Origin: Candidatus Rifleibacteriota bacterium
GTDB lineage: Bacteria; Muiribacteriota; Ozemobacteria; Ozemobacterales; Ozemobacteraceae
Reading direction: 5' to 3'
Assembly: GCA_051747585.1 (NCBI GenBank)
Contig: JBNJGH010000040.1
Coordinates: 1 to 29,168 of the forward strand
Length of the DNA stretch: 29,168 nucleotides
Shown here: positions 15,186 to 24,451 of the stretch, one piece after another
Numbering within the stretch: the stretch's first letter is position 1
Layout: each line of letters starts with the position of its first letter
The notes under the pieces: generated by a model
Databases searched by the model: none
Told to the model about the DNA's origin: nothing
Seen by the model: only the letters and a program-made list of their open reading frames with translations
Translations under genes and position numbers: made by a program

Positions 15186-17324
15186 ATGAGAAGACATTCG
15201 TTTTTATTAGTTACATTGTTATTTCTCTGCTTCGCCGTTCAGGTTGCAGCAGAAAAGAAAAATATAGAAATTCTAGAAGGTAATAACCAGTCTCTGCTGG
15301 TTAGGGCAAGCGCTGAACCTGTTGTCATTCAGGTAACGGATGAAGCCGGTGAGCCGGTTGAGGGTGAGCGTGTAGATATGGTAATTGCAGCACGCCCCGT
15401 AAAGGCGAAGAATTTTGATCTTGAACAAAGGCTTCTGATAACAGACGATAGAGGTCAGGCCAATTTTAATATTACCCATCTCAGCATTCCAGGTAATTAT
15501 TCTATTCTGGCGCTTCTTCATAAAAACCCCGATGTAAGAGTGCCGATTAATTTTAAGGTTAATCATGAGTCCTGGCTGATGTATCTTGCCTTTGGCCTTA
15601 TGGGGGGCCTGGGCATGTTTCTCTTTGGTATGAAGCTCGGTGCTGATGGTCTGCAGATGATCGCCGGTAAAAAAATGAAAAGCATTCTCGGCGCTTTTAC
15701 CAATAATCGATACCTCGGAGTGTTGACCGGTATATTGGTGACGGCAATTACCCAGAGCAGCTCTGCAACTACAGTAATGTTGGTCGGTTTTGTCAACGCT
15801 GCACTTATGACTCTCGAGCAAACCTTCTCAGTAATTCTGGGAGCCAATATTGGTACTACGGTTACGGTCCAATTGATTGCTTTTGATATTTCTCATTATG
15901 CCCTGTTTATGATAGGGATTGGTTTCCTGCTAAAATATTCAAAAAACAAAACCGTGATTTATGCGGGTGATATTATTTTGGGTTTCGGTTTTATTTTTTA
16001 CGGTATGAAGGTTATGAGCACTTCTATGTCGCCATTAAGAAGTTATCCTGCCTTTAAAGAACTGCTTATTTCGTTTTCCGACTATCCCGTAAGCGCAATT
16101 ATTGGTTCGATGCTTTTTACTGCTCTTATTCAAAGTAGCGGAGCAACAATAGGTCTTGTAGTAGTATTTGCCAGCCAGGGGCTTATTACCTTGAATGCTT
16201 CGATTCCTTTGATACTCGGTGCCCATACCGGAACATGTATTACCGGCTGGCTGGCTTCCATCGGCGCTTCTACCGGGGCAAAGCGAACTGCAATGCTTAA
16301 TATTGTTTATAATATTATTGGTACAATTATCTTTTTGCCCTTTTGTTATGATTATTTGAAGTTCAGCGATTTTGTCCACTGGGCAACATCCTTTATTTCA
16401 GATTCAGCAGCCCGTGAAGTTGCTAATGCTCATATGATCTCGGCAACAATAAAAATGCTGGTAATGTTTCCTTTTTATAAACAGATCATCAGGTTTACCA
16501 AATGGATGGTGCCCGAAGAAGGCGGAGACGAAAGCAGGTCGCTGCGCACCAAATACCTCAGTGAAGGCTTGCTTAACACTCCCGAGCTGGCTCTGGGAAA
16601 TGTGGCCAGAGAAATTGTTAGAATGGCGGGACATGTTGAATTTATGATCGAAAATGTTCCCGATATGATTTCTTATGGTGACGAAGAAACTATTGCAGAA
16701 GTTTCATTTCGCGAAGAAAAAGTAGATGCTGCTCAATATCAGATCACCAAATATTTGTCGCAGCTTTCAGAAAAAACTTTGACCGAAGAGCAGACCGATC
16801 TTATGAATAAATACATGCACATAATTAATGATCTGGAAAGCCTGGCTGATTTGATTCATAAGATTATTATTCCTTTTGCCAGGGCTAAAGCACGCGAAGA
16901 TATAAGGTTTTCTGAAGAAGGCTTTCGTGAGCTTTTAAGCTGGTTTGACCGCGTATCAGAAAACTTCATGCTGGCAATAAACGCCTTTGCTACGAATAAC
17001 AGGGAACAAGCAGAAAGGGTTATGAAAAGCGAAGGTGCGTTCGATATAATGGAAAAGAAATTTAGAACCTACCATATCAGTAGAATTTTTCAACAGAAAA
17101 TACAGTCTATTGAAACTTCAACACTTCATCTTGATTTGTTGAGCTGCTTTAAACGTATAAACAGTCATTCTGTAGATATTGCCAGGGCAATGACCGGTGA
17201 TTGGTACAGTCTTAAGAGTACTTATACCATCTCAGAAGATGGAAAAAACAAAAAAGATGATAAGAAAAATAAAAACGAAGTTTCTGACTCACCAGCTGAG
17301 AAAACACCTGAAAACTGGTATTGA
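15186..17324 (+). CDS. Na+/phosphate cotransporter (NptA/YjbB, SLC34-like) with N-terminal Ig-like domain and C-terminal PhoU-like repeats
   Basis: GGLGMFLFGM, TAITQSSSATTVM, ILGANIGTT, TALIQSSGA, LGAHTGT, VANAH motifs, PhoU-like tail (INDLESLAD; FKRINSH). Signal peptide from ATG 15186. Confidence 0.93.
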   Translation: MRRHSFLLVTLLFLCFAVQVAAEKKNIEILEGNNQSLLVRASAEPVVIQVTDEAGEPVEGERVDMVIAARPVKAKNFDLEQRLLITDDRGQANFNITHLSIPGNYSILALLHKNPDVRVPINFKVNHESWLMYLAFGLMGGLGMFLFGMKLGADGLQMIAGKKMKSILGAFTNNRYLGVLTGILVTAITQSSSATTVMLVGFVNAALMTLEQTFSVILGANIGTTVTVQLIAFDISHYALFMIGIGFLLKYSKNKTVIYAGDIILGFGFIFYGMKVMSTSMSPLRSYPAFKELLISFSDYPVSAIIGSMLFTALIQSSGATIGLVVVFASQGLITLNASIPLILGAHTGTCITGWLASIGASTGAKRTAMLNIVYNIIGTIIFLPFCYDYLKFSDFVHWATSFISDSAAREVANAHMISATIKMLVMFPFYKQIIRFTKWMVPEEGGDESRSLRTKYLSEGLLNTPELALGNVAREIVRMAGHVEFMIENVPDMISYGDEETIAEVSFREEKVDAAQYQITKYLSQLSEKTLTEEQTDLMNKYMHIINDLESLADLIHKIIIPFARAKAREDIRFSEEGFRELLSWFDRVSENFMLAINAFATNNREQAERVMKSEGAFDIMEKKFRTYHISRIFQQKIQSIETSTLHLDLLSCFKRINSHSVDIARAMTGDWYSLKSTYTISEDGKNKKDDKKNKNEVSDSPAEKTPENWY

Positions 17325-17327
17325 TTA

Positions 17328-17984
17328 TCAGTTAGCTTTTACGTATTTTCCGCTTTTTCCGTTTTCAATGTAAAGAATTTTTTCGGTCAGCTGTTGCAAA
17401 TCCGGTAGATGGTGGCTGACTATCATCATTGGCAGTTCGAGCTGCTTTTCTATTCTTGACAAATAGGGCATTATGGTTTGGCGCATCCCCTTGTCAATTG
17501 CAGAAAAAGGCTCATCGAGTAAAAGCAGATCCGGTGAGCATAATAAACTTCTTCCAATCACTACCCTTTGTTTTTCACCACCTGAAAGACTTTCGGGGTT
17601 GCGTTTTAAAAAATTTTCCAGCTCAAGCAGTTCTACAACTTCGGCAAACTTTATATTCTGCTCTTTGCTGTTCAATAATTTGTAACCATATTGTAGATTT
17701 TCTTTGACATTAAGATGTGGAAAAATGCGGATATCCTGAAAAACCATACCTACTTTGCGTTTTTGCGGTGAAACATAAATAGAGTCTTTGGTGGAGAAAA
17801 AGGTTTGCCCGTTAAAAACTATTTGCCCGCAATCCGGTTTCAGCAGACCACATATTGTTTCCAGCAGGGTGGTTTTGCCGCTACCCGATGGGCCAAAAAT
17901 GCCAGTGAGAGTGCTGTCGATATTCTGGTTTATTTTCAGGTCAAAACAGCCTCTTTTTATTTCTATGTCTAGTAGCAGTCGCAT
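17328..17984 (-). CDS. modC: Molybdate ABC transporter ATP-binding subunit (short form)
   Basis: GPSGSGKTT, LSGGEKQRV, LLLLDEPF, VSPQKRKVGMVFQD. Follows modAB. At 218 aa it has no room for a C-terminal TOBE domain. Confidence 0.9.
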   Translation of the reverse strand: MRLLLDIEIKRGCFDLKINQNIDSTLTGIFGPSGSGKTTLLETICGLLKPDCGQIVFNGQTFFSTKDSIYVSPQKRKVGMVFQDIRIFPHLNVKENLQYGYKLLNSKEQNIKFAEVVELLELENFLKRNPESLSGGEKQRVVIGRSLLCSPDLLLLDEPFSAIDKGMRQTIMPYLSRIEKQLELPMMIVSHHLPDLQQLTEKILYIENGKSGKYVKAN

Positions 17985-18673
17985 TCTTTAACGACCTTTC
18001 TTTTTTTACTCAGCATAAAATATTCTGATAAAAAAAGTGCTGCAAACGAAACTGCAATAGAGATAAGTGCAAGCTTCAATACCGCACTTTCTTTACCGGG
18101 AACCTGCATATAGCTGAAAATTGCCAGGGGGAGGGTGCGGGTTTCTCCGACAATGTTGCCGGCAAAGGTGATAGTCGCACCGAATTCGCCAAAACTACGG
18201 GCAAAAGAGAGAATAAAGCCGCTGATTAGACCGGGAAATGCTTGAGGAAGGGTAATGGAAAAAAAACTTCTAAACTTGCTGGCACCAAGTGTCCAGGCCG
18301 CCTGTTCATATTTTTCGTCTACAAGTTCTATTGCAAGCCTGACAGACCTGACGAAAAGTGGAAGAGAAATTACTGATGAAGCGATTATTGCTGCATAAAT
18401 AGAAAAGGAAAGTCGAATTCCCGTGAGATTGAAGACTTTATTGCCAATGAAACTGTTGTTTCCAAGTAGATAGAGAAGTAGAAATCCTGTCGTTACCGGA
18501 GGAACAACAAGCGGAAGGTGCACCAGACCATTGACAAAATGCTTTCCTTTAAAGTTGCACCTTGCCAGCAGCCAGCCAAAAAATACTGCCGGAACCGTAT
18601 TAAGAAAGCCACATACTAAAGCAACTTTAAATGATAACCACAGTGCGCTAAATTCATTTGGTTGCAAAATCAA
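17969..18673 (-). CDS. modB: Molybdate ABC transporter permease
   Basis: LVHLPLVVPPVTTGF, FARSFGEFGATITFAGNIVGETRTLPLAIF. Confidence 0.95.
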   Translation of the reverse strand: MILQPNEFSALWLSFKVALVCGFLNTVPAVFFGWLLARCNFKGKHFVNGLVHLPLVVPPVTTGFLLLYLLGNNSFIGNKVFNLTGIRLSFSIYAAIIASSVISLPLFVRSVRLAIELVDEKYEQAAWTLGASKFRSFFSITLPQAFPGLISGFILSFARSFGEFGATITFAGNIVGETRTLPLAIFSYMQVPGKESAVLKLALISIAVSFAALFLSEYFMLSKKRKVVKECDCY

Positions 18674-19455
18674 CTGTCTCCATTTTCATTGTCATGTTTA
18701 ATCGGCAAAAATGAATGTTCCTGCAAGATCTTCCGGGCTTTGGGACTGTTTAAATAATTTTGAAATTTTCTGCTCAATTCATTATCGGTAATAATTGCAT
18801 AACCATAAATTATAGGGCTATGCATGTCAGATGGGATCTCTGCCAGCAGTTTAACTTTTTTTGAAGCGGCGTAATCAGAATAAAACACTATACCCATCTG
18901 CCATTGATTCATTTCGATAAGCATAAGAGCTGATCTAATAGTTACGCATGGTAATAGACGGTCTTTAAGTTTATTATACCAGGCTGAATTTTTTAAAAAT
19001 TCGAGGGCGTATTTTCCGCCGGGCACATGATCTGGATTTCCAATTGTTAGTTTGCCTTCAAACAGCTCGCCGATTTTTAAATCGGGGTTGTCGACATCGA
19101 TGCTGTTAAGGGAAAATTTTTCTGAGCCAATCAAAGCCAGGCGATTTTGGCACAGCTTATGGCTTTGTGTGTCAGAGATTATATTTTTTTCTTCAAGATA
19201 AGTCAGCCATTTCAGATCTGCACTTAAATAAATGTCGGCTTTAGCTCCCATTACGATTTGCCTGGCAAGTTGCCCCGACGAAGCAAGATTCAGCTTAACC
19301 TTTACCTTTTCCTTCTGACTGAAATTGTCTACCAGAGTGTGAGTTACTTCAGTTAGTGATGCAGCAGCAAAAACCATCAGCTTACGTTCTTTTGCCAAAG
19401 CTGGAATTGATATCCAAATGATAAGCAGGCAGGCCAGGGCCTGACATTTTTTCAT
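18670..19455 (-). CDS. modA: Molybdate-binding periplasmic protein
   Basis: VFAAASLT, ASSGQLARQI..GAKADIYLSAD, GNPDHVPGGKYA, HSPIIY. ATG 19455 follows GGAGAAAGGA and begins a signal peptide. Confidence 0.95.
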   Translation of the reverse strand: MKKCQALACLLIIWISIPALAKERKLMVFAAASLTEVTHTLVDNFSQKEKVKVKLNLASSGQLARQIVMGAKADIYLSADLKWLTYLEEKNIISDTQSHKLCQNRLALIGSEKFSLNSIDVDNPDLKIGELFEGKLTIGNPDHVPGGKYALEFLKNSAWYNKLKDRLLPCVTIRSALMLIEMNQWQMGIVFYSDYAASKKVKLLAEIPSDMHSPIIYGYAIITDNELSRKFQNYLNSPKARKILQEHSFLPIKHDNENGDS

Positions 19456-19670
19456 GATCCTTTCTCCTTTACGCAGAAATGATTCTAGCTTTATAATACC
19501 CATGAGTAAAGCAGAAAAACTTCCCTTTCCGGACCAAAGCTTTTACCTGGCATTTATGGCCCATCTTTTAAATGAATCAGAAGATTCTATGTAGGTGATA
19601 GTCTTTTGCCATATATTTTCAGATGTGCTATAAATTCTCCAGCATAAATTTCCGGGAGTGTGGGTTGCGA

Positions 19671-19862
19671 ATGAAAAGCTCTGATATAGCCAAAGCCATT
19701 GATATTCATAATTTTCTTGATGAACTGGAGAAATCGAGCGATATACAAAATTATTACCGGATAAATCACCTGACTCCTGCTCAACGAGAAGAAATTGCTC
19801 TTAAAATTGCCCGATCTTTAACTCGGGAACTTAGTTCAATGGGGTTGCAAATAGAAAAATAA
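19671..19862 (+). CDS. Small hypothetical helical protein (about 63 aa)
   Basis: GGGAG upstream, ATG 19671 (or TTG 19665), amphipathic sequence, hairpin downstream. Confidence 0.65.
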   Translation: MKSSDIAKAIDIHNFLDELEKSSDIQNYYRINHLTPAQREEIALKIARSLTRELSSMGLQIEK

Positions 19863-19890
19863 AAATTTTTTTACATAAATTAAACTTCCC

Positions 19891-19915
19891 GAAACCCTGA
19901 TTAATTCAGGGTTTC
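19891..19915 (+). terminator. Hairpin, probable terminator
   Basis: GAAACCCTGA-TTAAT-TCAGGGTTTC perfect 10-bp stem. Confidence 0.55.
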
Positions 19916-19960
19916 TCTTGGTAAAAACTCTATAACCCTGATAATAACTAGAAAAGATAC

Positions 19961-19989
19961 TTGTGTTAAAGCTGATATATTTGTATAAT
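19961..19989 (+). promoter_or_regulatory. sigma70-like promoter of HU gene
   Basis: TTGTGT-17 bp-TATAAT upstream of the AGGAGG RBS. Confidence 0.6.
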
Positions 19990-20021
19990 CAACCTTGACC
20001 AAATTTTGTAGGAGGAATTCT

Positions 20022-20309
20022 GTGAATAAATCTGAATTAGTAAAGGCAATTGCAAAAAAAGCTGACGTGACTAACGCTAATGCTCAAGCTGTGCTTGAAG
20101 CTTTTATCGACGCTGTTAAAACCAGCCTCAAAAAAGGCGAAAAAATTCAGCTGATCGGCTTCGGTTCTTTCGCAACCGTTAAACGTGAAGCACGCAAAGG
20201 TGTTAATCCTCAGACTAAAAAAGCTATCAAAATTCCAGCCAAAAAAGTTGCTAAGTTCGTTCCTGGTAAGGAATTGAAAGAGCTGGTTAACAGCAAAAAG
20301 AAAAAATAA
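20022..20309 (+). CDS. hup: DNA-binding protein HU
   Basis: MNKSELVKAIA…IQLIGFGSF…REARKGVNPQT…KFVPGKELKELV. GTG start after AGGAGG. Confidence 0.97.
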   Translation: MNKSELVKAIAKKADVTNANAQAVLEAFIDAVKTSLKKGEKIQLIGFGSFATVKREARKGVNPQTKKAIKIPAKKVAKFVPGKELKELVNSKKKK

Positions 20310-20317
20310 TTGCTGTT

Positions 20318-20350
20318 AAAAAAAAAGCCCCGCTGGTCGGGGTTTTTTTT
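20318..20350 (+). terminator. Intrinsic terminator of hup
   Basis: A-run-GCCCC-GCTGGTC-GGGGT-T-run. Confidence 0.8.
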
Positions 20351-20434
20351 ATGCCTTGATAAATGGCTAATTTCTTGACTTTTGCCAGTAGAGAACTATA
20401 TTTAAAAATTAGTATCAAGTTGGAGTAGTTTACT

Positions 20435-21256
20435 TTGAAAATTTCGAGCTTTACCCATTCAGGCATGGTGCGAAATAATAATGAAGATTCATGCCTGGTT
20501 ATCCCTCCTTGGAGTAGTTTGTCGGTTGAAAAGGGAGTTTGTGTGTTTGCCGTTGCAGATGGAATGGGCGGACAAAATGCCGGTGAAGTTGCTTCCGGAC
20601 TGGCAGTTAAAACTACTATAGAATGGCTCGAAAGCAATACTATTGACCAGCTTTCAATAAGTCTGGTTGAAGATTTAATTTCTCAAATTAATCAACAGAT
20701 ATGGAGTTATGCTCAGAGGAATCCTGAGGCTGCAGGTATGGGTACAACCTATACCATGGTGATTATAAAAGCTTCAGATGCAATAGTCGGCCATATCGGG
20801 GATTCAAGATTATACAGATACCGTAATGATAAACTTGAACAAATGACCAATGACCATAGTCTGGTTGCAGAACAGGTGAAAAGTGGCAAACTGTCTCTGG
20901 AGCAGGCGAGAATTCACCCAACCCGCCACATTCTCAGCAGGGTTCTGGGTGCGAGACAGTTTGTCGTGCCTGATATCTTTAAGCTTGATCTTAACCAAAA
21001 AGATATTTTTCTTATTTGTTCAGATGGTGTTAATGGTATGATTGAAGATAAAGAAATTGCTGAACTTATAAAAAATGTTGATCTTCCGGAACTTGCCCAG
21101 GCAGTAGTTGAAGCCGCAAATGCGGGAGGAGGCAAGGATAATTGTACTGCAGTTGCTTTCTGTATCGATCAGCTTCCTTTTGTTATACCCGGAAGATTCT
21201 CGCTAGATCGCCTGCGAGATATAATTTCTCATTGGAGAGATGCGGGAGCTATTTAG
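20435..21256 (+). CDS. PP2C-family Ser/Thr phosphatase (Stp1/PrpC-like)
   Basis: GMVRNNNED, VADGMGG, GMGTT, HIGDSRLY, DHSLV, ICSDG, GGKDNCT. Confidence 0.96.
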   Translation: MKISSFTHSGMVRNNNEDSCLVIPPWSSLSVEKGVCVFAVADGMGGQNAGEVASGLAVKTTIEWLESNTIDQLSISLVEDLISQINQQIWSYAQRNPEAAGMGTTYTMVIIKASDAIVGHIGDSRLYRYRNDKLEQMTNDHSLVAEQVKSGKLSLEQARIHPTRHILSRVLGARQFVVPDIFKLDLNQKDIFLICSDGVNGMIEDKEIAELIKNVDLPELAQAVVEAANAGGGKDNCTAVAFCIDQLPFVIPGRFSLDRLRDIISHWRDAGAI

Positions 21257-21324
21257 AAAACTATGGTAATTATCTTGAATTTACAGTATAAATACAGTAG
21301 GAGAAATCTGGAGGTTTTCATTTA

Positions 21325-21882
21325 ATGGACAGCACGTTACTTATTATTATTGGAATTGCAGTTGTCGTTATTATTGGCATAATTGTGGTTATTTTGTCGT
21401 CAAGCGACAAAGATGAAAAAAAAGGTTCTAAAAAGCAGCAGAACAAGGCAGAAGAAGAAAAGAAAGAAATAACCCATAAGAGATTTAAACAGGTTTTGTC
21501 TGGTTCTGATTTGCAAAGCGACATGAAGGCAGAAGAAGAAGAACTTTTAACAAAATATACAGCCGGAACAGGCGAAGGCATTAATGAGGTCGAAAAACTT
21601 CTCGAAGGTGACCCGAACAATGTTGATCTGCTTGATTGGCTTGCTTTTATGTATTATAGCAACAACAATATAGACAAAGCTGTAGAAACTTATAAAAGAG
21701 CGCTGGCAATAAAACCTGATAATGAAAATCAACACTATTATCTGGCTAACAGTTATTTTAAAAAAGGTATGAATGCTGAAGCTAAAAAAGAGTGGAATGA
21801 GGTTATTAGGTTAAAGCCAAATTCTAAAATCGCAAAAAATGCCCAGGAGCGAATTGATTTCATAGCTTCACAGGGTAAATAA
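21325..21882 (+). CDS. Membrane-anchored TPR protein
   Basis: N-terminal TM, basic linker, TPR units (LAFMYYSNNNIDKAVETYKRALAIKPDN; HYYLANSYFKKG…EVIRLKPN). RBS GGAGG. Confidence 0.9.
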   Translation: MDSTLLIIIGIAVVVIIGIIVVILSSSDKDEKKGSKKQQNKAEEEKKEITHKRFKQVLSGSDLQSDMKAEEEELLTKYTAGTGEGINEVEKLLEGDPNNVDLLDWLAFMYYSNNNIDKAVETYKRALAIKPDNENQHYYLANSYFKKGMNAEAKKEWNEVIRLKPNSKIAKNAQERIDFIASQGK

Positions 21883-21896
21883 ACGAAAGGTACCTG

Positions 21897-23555
21897 ATGC
21901 CGCCAGTCGTTAATCCTCCAGAATTAACGCATTACCATCTGCTCGACCTTATTGGTTGTGGCGGAATGGGATCCGTATATATCGGTTATCAGCTTCAGAC
22001 TGAAAAGCTGGTAGCCATAAAGCTTCTTAACCCCGAAGTTGCAACAGAGCCGACTGTTCTACATCAGTTCAAGCAGGAAGGTGAATTTCTTCAAAGCCTT
22101 CACCATCCCAATATCGTAAAATTTCTCGATCAGGGCTGCGAAAATAACTGCCATTACCTGGTAATGGATTATGTGAAAGGTCTTTCGCTTGACAGCTTCC
22201 CCCTGGGCAATTCTATGACTACCATAGGAGTAAAACAGACTTTGCCCACCATGGAAGAATATTTGATGGTGTTTATTGGCTGCATGGAAGCCCTGGCCTA
22301 TATCCATAGAAAGGGTCTGGTACACCGAGATATAAAACCTCAGAATATAATTCTCAGGGGAAGCGAATATAAACCCTGTCTTATTGACTTTGGTATTGCC
22401 AAAAAAACTGATAAAGATGATGATCTTAACCTGACGCCCGACGGAATGTACACCGTCGTCTATGCCAGCCCCGAGCAGCTCACCAACAAGCCTGTCGAAG
22501 TCGTGTCCGATCTTTTTTCCTATGGCGTGGTAATGTACGAAAAGCTTACCGGCCATCTGCCATTTCATGGCTCCAGAGCGATGCAGGTGTTTATTCAGCA
22601 GACCAAATGGAACTTCCCGCCACCACGTCAGCTGAATCCCACTATTCCACAAAAGCTGGAGCAAATCGTGCTGAAGCTTCTTTCAAAAGATCCTAACCAG
22701 CGTTATCCTACCGCTGAGATGGTTCAGGGAGAACTAGAAAGGCTGCTTGAAGTTACAAGACAGGGCCGTTCAGGTCTTGGTTTAAGCGGGATATCCGGCG
22801 ATATTCGCGGGGTTCAAATTGCCAGAAGAGGCTTTAAAAAGAGAACTATCAGCGATGAGAAAAATATGCTCAAGCGGGCAAGAGCTGAATTTATAGATGC
22901 GCGGCAAAAGCTCAAAATGGAGAAAGCAAAACTGCGCCCTGATATAGAGAAAGTTGAAAATTTTCAGGATCTTTGCAACACTTTACAGCAAGATTATGAG
23001 CGGCTTGAAAATCAGTTGCAGATGGCTCTGGGTTTCAAGAGTCAGCCACTGGTTATCGACTCCTTCAATTCAATTTTTAAACTTGAAACAATCGCTTTTG
23101 AAAAACGAGGTATTCCTTTTAACATTAATACGATTGAGCAAAAGCTTGCCAGCCCTGAAGGTGAAGACATTATTGTGGGTAAAATGAACTTTACTCAGAG
23201 GGCGAAAAGAACTTTTTCTATAAACAAGCGAGATTCATATCTGGCCTGGGATAACGCCAACTGGTTTTTTGGTTCTTATGAAGAAAAAGATTTTCCAATT
23301 TTCGTTATGATTGGAGACAAGAACATGCCTAGATCACCTGCCGGGTTTAAAGGTTTTTTCTGGCCTTTTGAATTTCTTGTTGCAGTCCAAAAGCTTGGCT
23401 GGACAGGAGTTTCAATCATAGAGCACTTTAAAGGGGCAGATCGTAACGGTCGAGCGGTTTTTGCAGAGCACAAAGAAACTATACTTTTTTCTCAAACTCT
23501 TTTTGATAAGCTCGATAAAATTCTGGGCAAATATAAAAAGTCCAGCGGGAATTAA
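21897..23555 (+). CDS. Hanks-type Ser/Thr protein kinase, cytoplasmic, with coiled coil and unrecognised C-terminal domain
   Basis: GCGGMGSV, VAIK, HRDIKPQN, DFG, YASPEQ, SDLFSYG, RYPTA. No TM or PASTA domain visible. Confidence 0.95.
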   Translation: MPPVVNPPELTHYHLLDLIGCGGMGSVYIGYQLQTEKLVAIKLLNPEVATEPTVLHQFKQEGEFLQSLHHPNIVKFLDQGCENNCHYLVMDYVKGLSLDSFPLGNSMTTIGVKQTLPTMEEYLMVFIGCMEALAYIHRKGLVHRDIKPQNIILRGSEYKPCLIDFGIAKKTDKDDDLNLTPDGMYTVVYASPEQLTNKPVEVVSDLFSYGVVMYEKLTGHLPFHGSRAMQVFIQQTKWNFPPPRQLNPTIPQKLEQIVLKLLSKDPNQRYPTAEMVQGELERLLEVTRQGRSGLGLSGISGDIRGVQIARRGFKKRTISDEKNMLKRARAEFIDARQKLKMEKAKLRPDIEKVENFQDLCNTLQQDYERLENQLQMALGFKSQPLVIDSFNSIFKLETIAFEKRGIPFNINTIEQKLASPEGEDIIVGKMNFTQRAKRTFSINKRDSYLAWDNANWFFGSYEEKDFPIFVMIGDKNMPRSPAGFKGFFWPFEFLVAVQKLGWTGVSIIEHFKGADRNGRAVFAEHKETILFSQTLFDKLDKILGKYKKSSGN

Positions 23556-23563
23556 TAAGGAAT

Positions 23564-24022
23564 ATGCATATTAAAGACGCAATAAATCAACTTGCATTGG
23601 CTTACGTTAAGCTCAAAGAGGCTAATCAGAAATTTATCGCCGATGAAAACGCGGCAGTTGAAGCTTTTCAGCACCTTATCGATCAAAGAAGGCTTGTTAT
23701 TGAAGATATAGATATTATTGCCATTGAGCTGCGCAAGCAGATTACTCAAAATTTTCGCGATCATTCGTTTCCCTGTGGTACCGTTCCTGAAATGATAAGG
23801 GCGGTACAGGTTCTTGCTTCTGACTGTGAAAAAGAATGTGATATTCTCAAAACAAGACTGAAAGAACTTGTTGAATCCGATGAAGAAGTTGAAAAAAAAA
23901 TAGATCAGCTCAAGGATGCGGTAAAAAAAGAAATTCACAAAATTCGCAAAGGAACAAGAGGAATTCGTGGCTATCGACAGTCACAAACCATGGGTAGTTG
24001 TTTTATAAACAAGATCAAATAA
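23564..24022 (+). CDS. All-helical FlgN/FliT-like protein
   Basis: 152 aa, coiled-coil pattern, C-terminal GY…FINKIK resembling flagellar export chaperone-like proteins (pattern recognition only). RBS AAGGA. Confidence 0.55.
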   Translation: MHIKDAINQLALAYVKLKEANQKFIADENAAVEAFQHLIDQRRLVIEDIDIIAIELRKQITQNFRDHSFPCGTVPEMIRAVQVLASDCEKECDILKTRLKELVESDEEVEKKIDQLKDAVKKEIHKIRKGTRGIRGYRQSQTMGSCFINKIK

Positions 24023-24023
24023 A

Positions 24024-24065
24024 AAAAGACGGTGCCAGGCAATAAAAGCTTTGGCACCGTCTTTT
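24024..24065. terminator. Bidirectional intrinsic terminator
   Basis: AAAAGACGGTGCCA / TGGCACCGTCTTTT between convergent genes. Confidence 0.85.
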
Positions 24066-24077
24066 AGTTTTTTGCTA

Positions 24078-24401
24078 TTAAAACATACCCGGAATATTCA
24101 TTCCGCCGGTAATGTCTCCCATCTCGTTTTGTACCATTTCCTGTGATTTCTTCAGGCCTGTGTTAACTGCAGATAAAACCAGATCCTGTAAAGTTTCGAC
24201 ATCCTCAGGATCAACTGCTTCTTTGTCTATTTCAATAGAAACCAGTTCTTGTGCTCCGTTAAAAACTACTTTAACCATACCGCCACCTACTGTGGTTTCG
24301 ATGGTTTCGTCTTTCATTTCTTCCTGAGCCTTTTGAATTTTTTCCTGCATTTTCTGAGCCTGTTTCATGAGGCCCTGCATGTTAAAACCGCCACGTGCCA
24401 T
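24078..24401 (-). CDS. ybaB: YbaB/EbfC nucleoid-associated protein
   Basis: NMQGLMKQAQKMQ…GGGMVKV…VDPEDVETLQDLVLSAVN…GGMNIPGMF. Confidence 0.96.
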   Translation of the reverse strand: MARGGFNMQGLMKQAQKMQEKIQKAQEEMKDETIETTVGGGMVKVVFNGAQELVSIEIDKEAVDPEDVETLQDLVLSAVNTGLKKSQEMVQNEMGDITGGMNIPGMF

Positions 24402-24451
24402 TAGCCTGTCTCCTTCTAAGAGTGATTTTATACCCGAATATAATAACAGAA

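Noticed and set aside
17328..17984. modC as a pseudogene
   Set aside because: All ABC motifs are intact, short TOBE-less ModC proteins are known, and the stop abuts the convergent gene.
19456..19640. Moco/Wco riboswitch or ModE box upstream of modA
   Set aside because: A GGAAAGG and a weak GGGCCA/TGGTCC stem exist on the minus strand, but the CCUCCC partner and other conserved parts are missing and there is no clear TATATA-N-TATATA box. An Infernal search with the Moco model would be decisive.
22059..22664. 201-aa antisense ORF and other shadow ORFs (e.g. 6363-6866, 15273-15821, 23552-23938)
   Set aside because: They lie opposite well-supported genes, have no recognisable motifs, and are explained by sense-strand codon bias.
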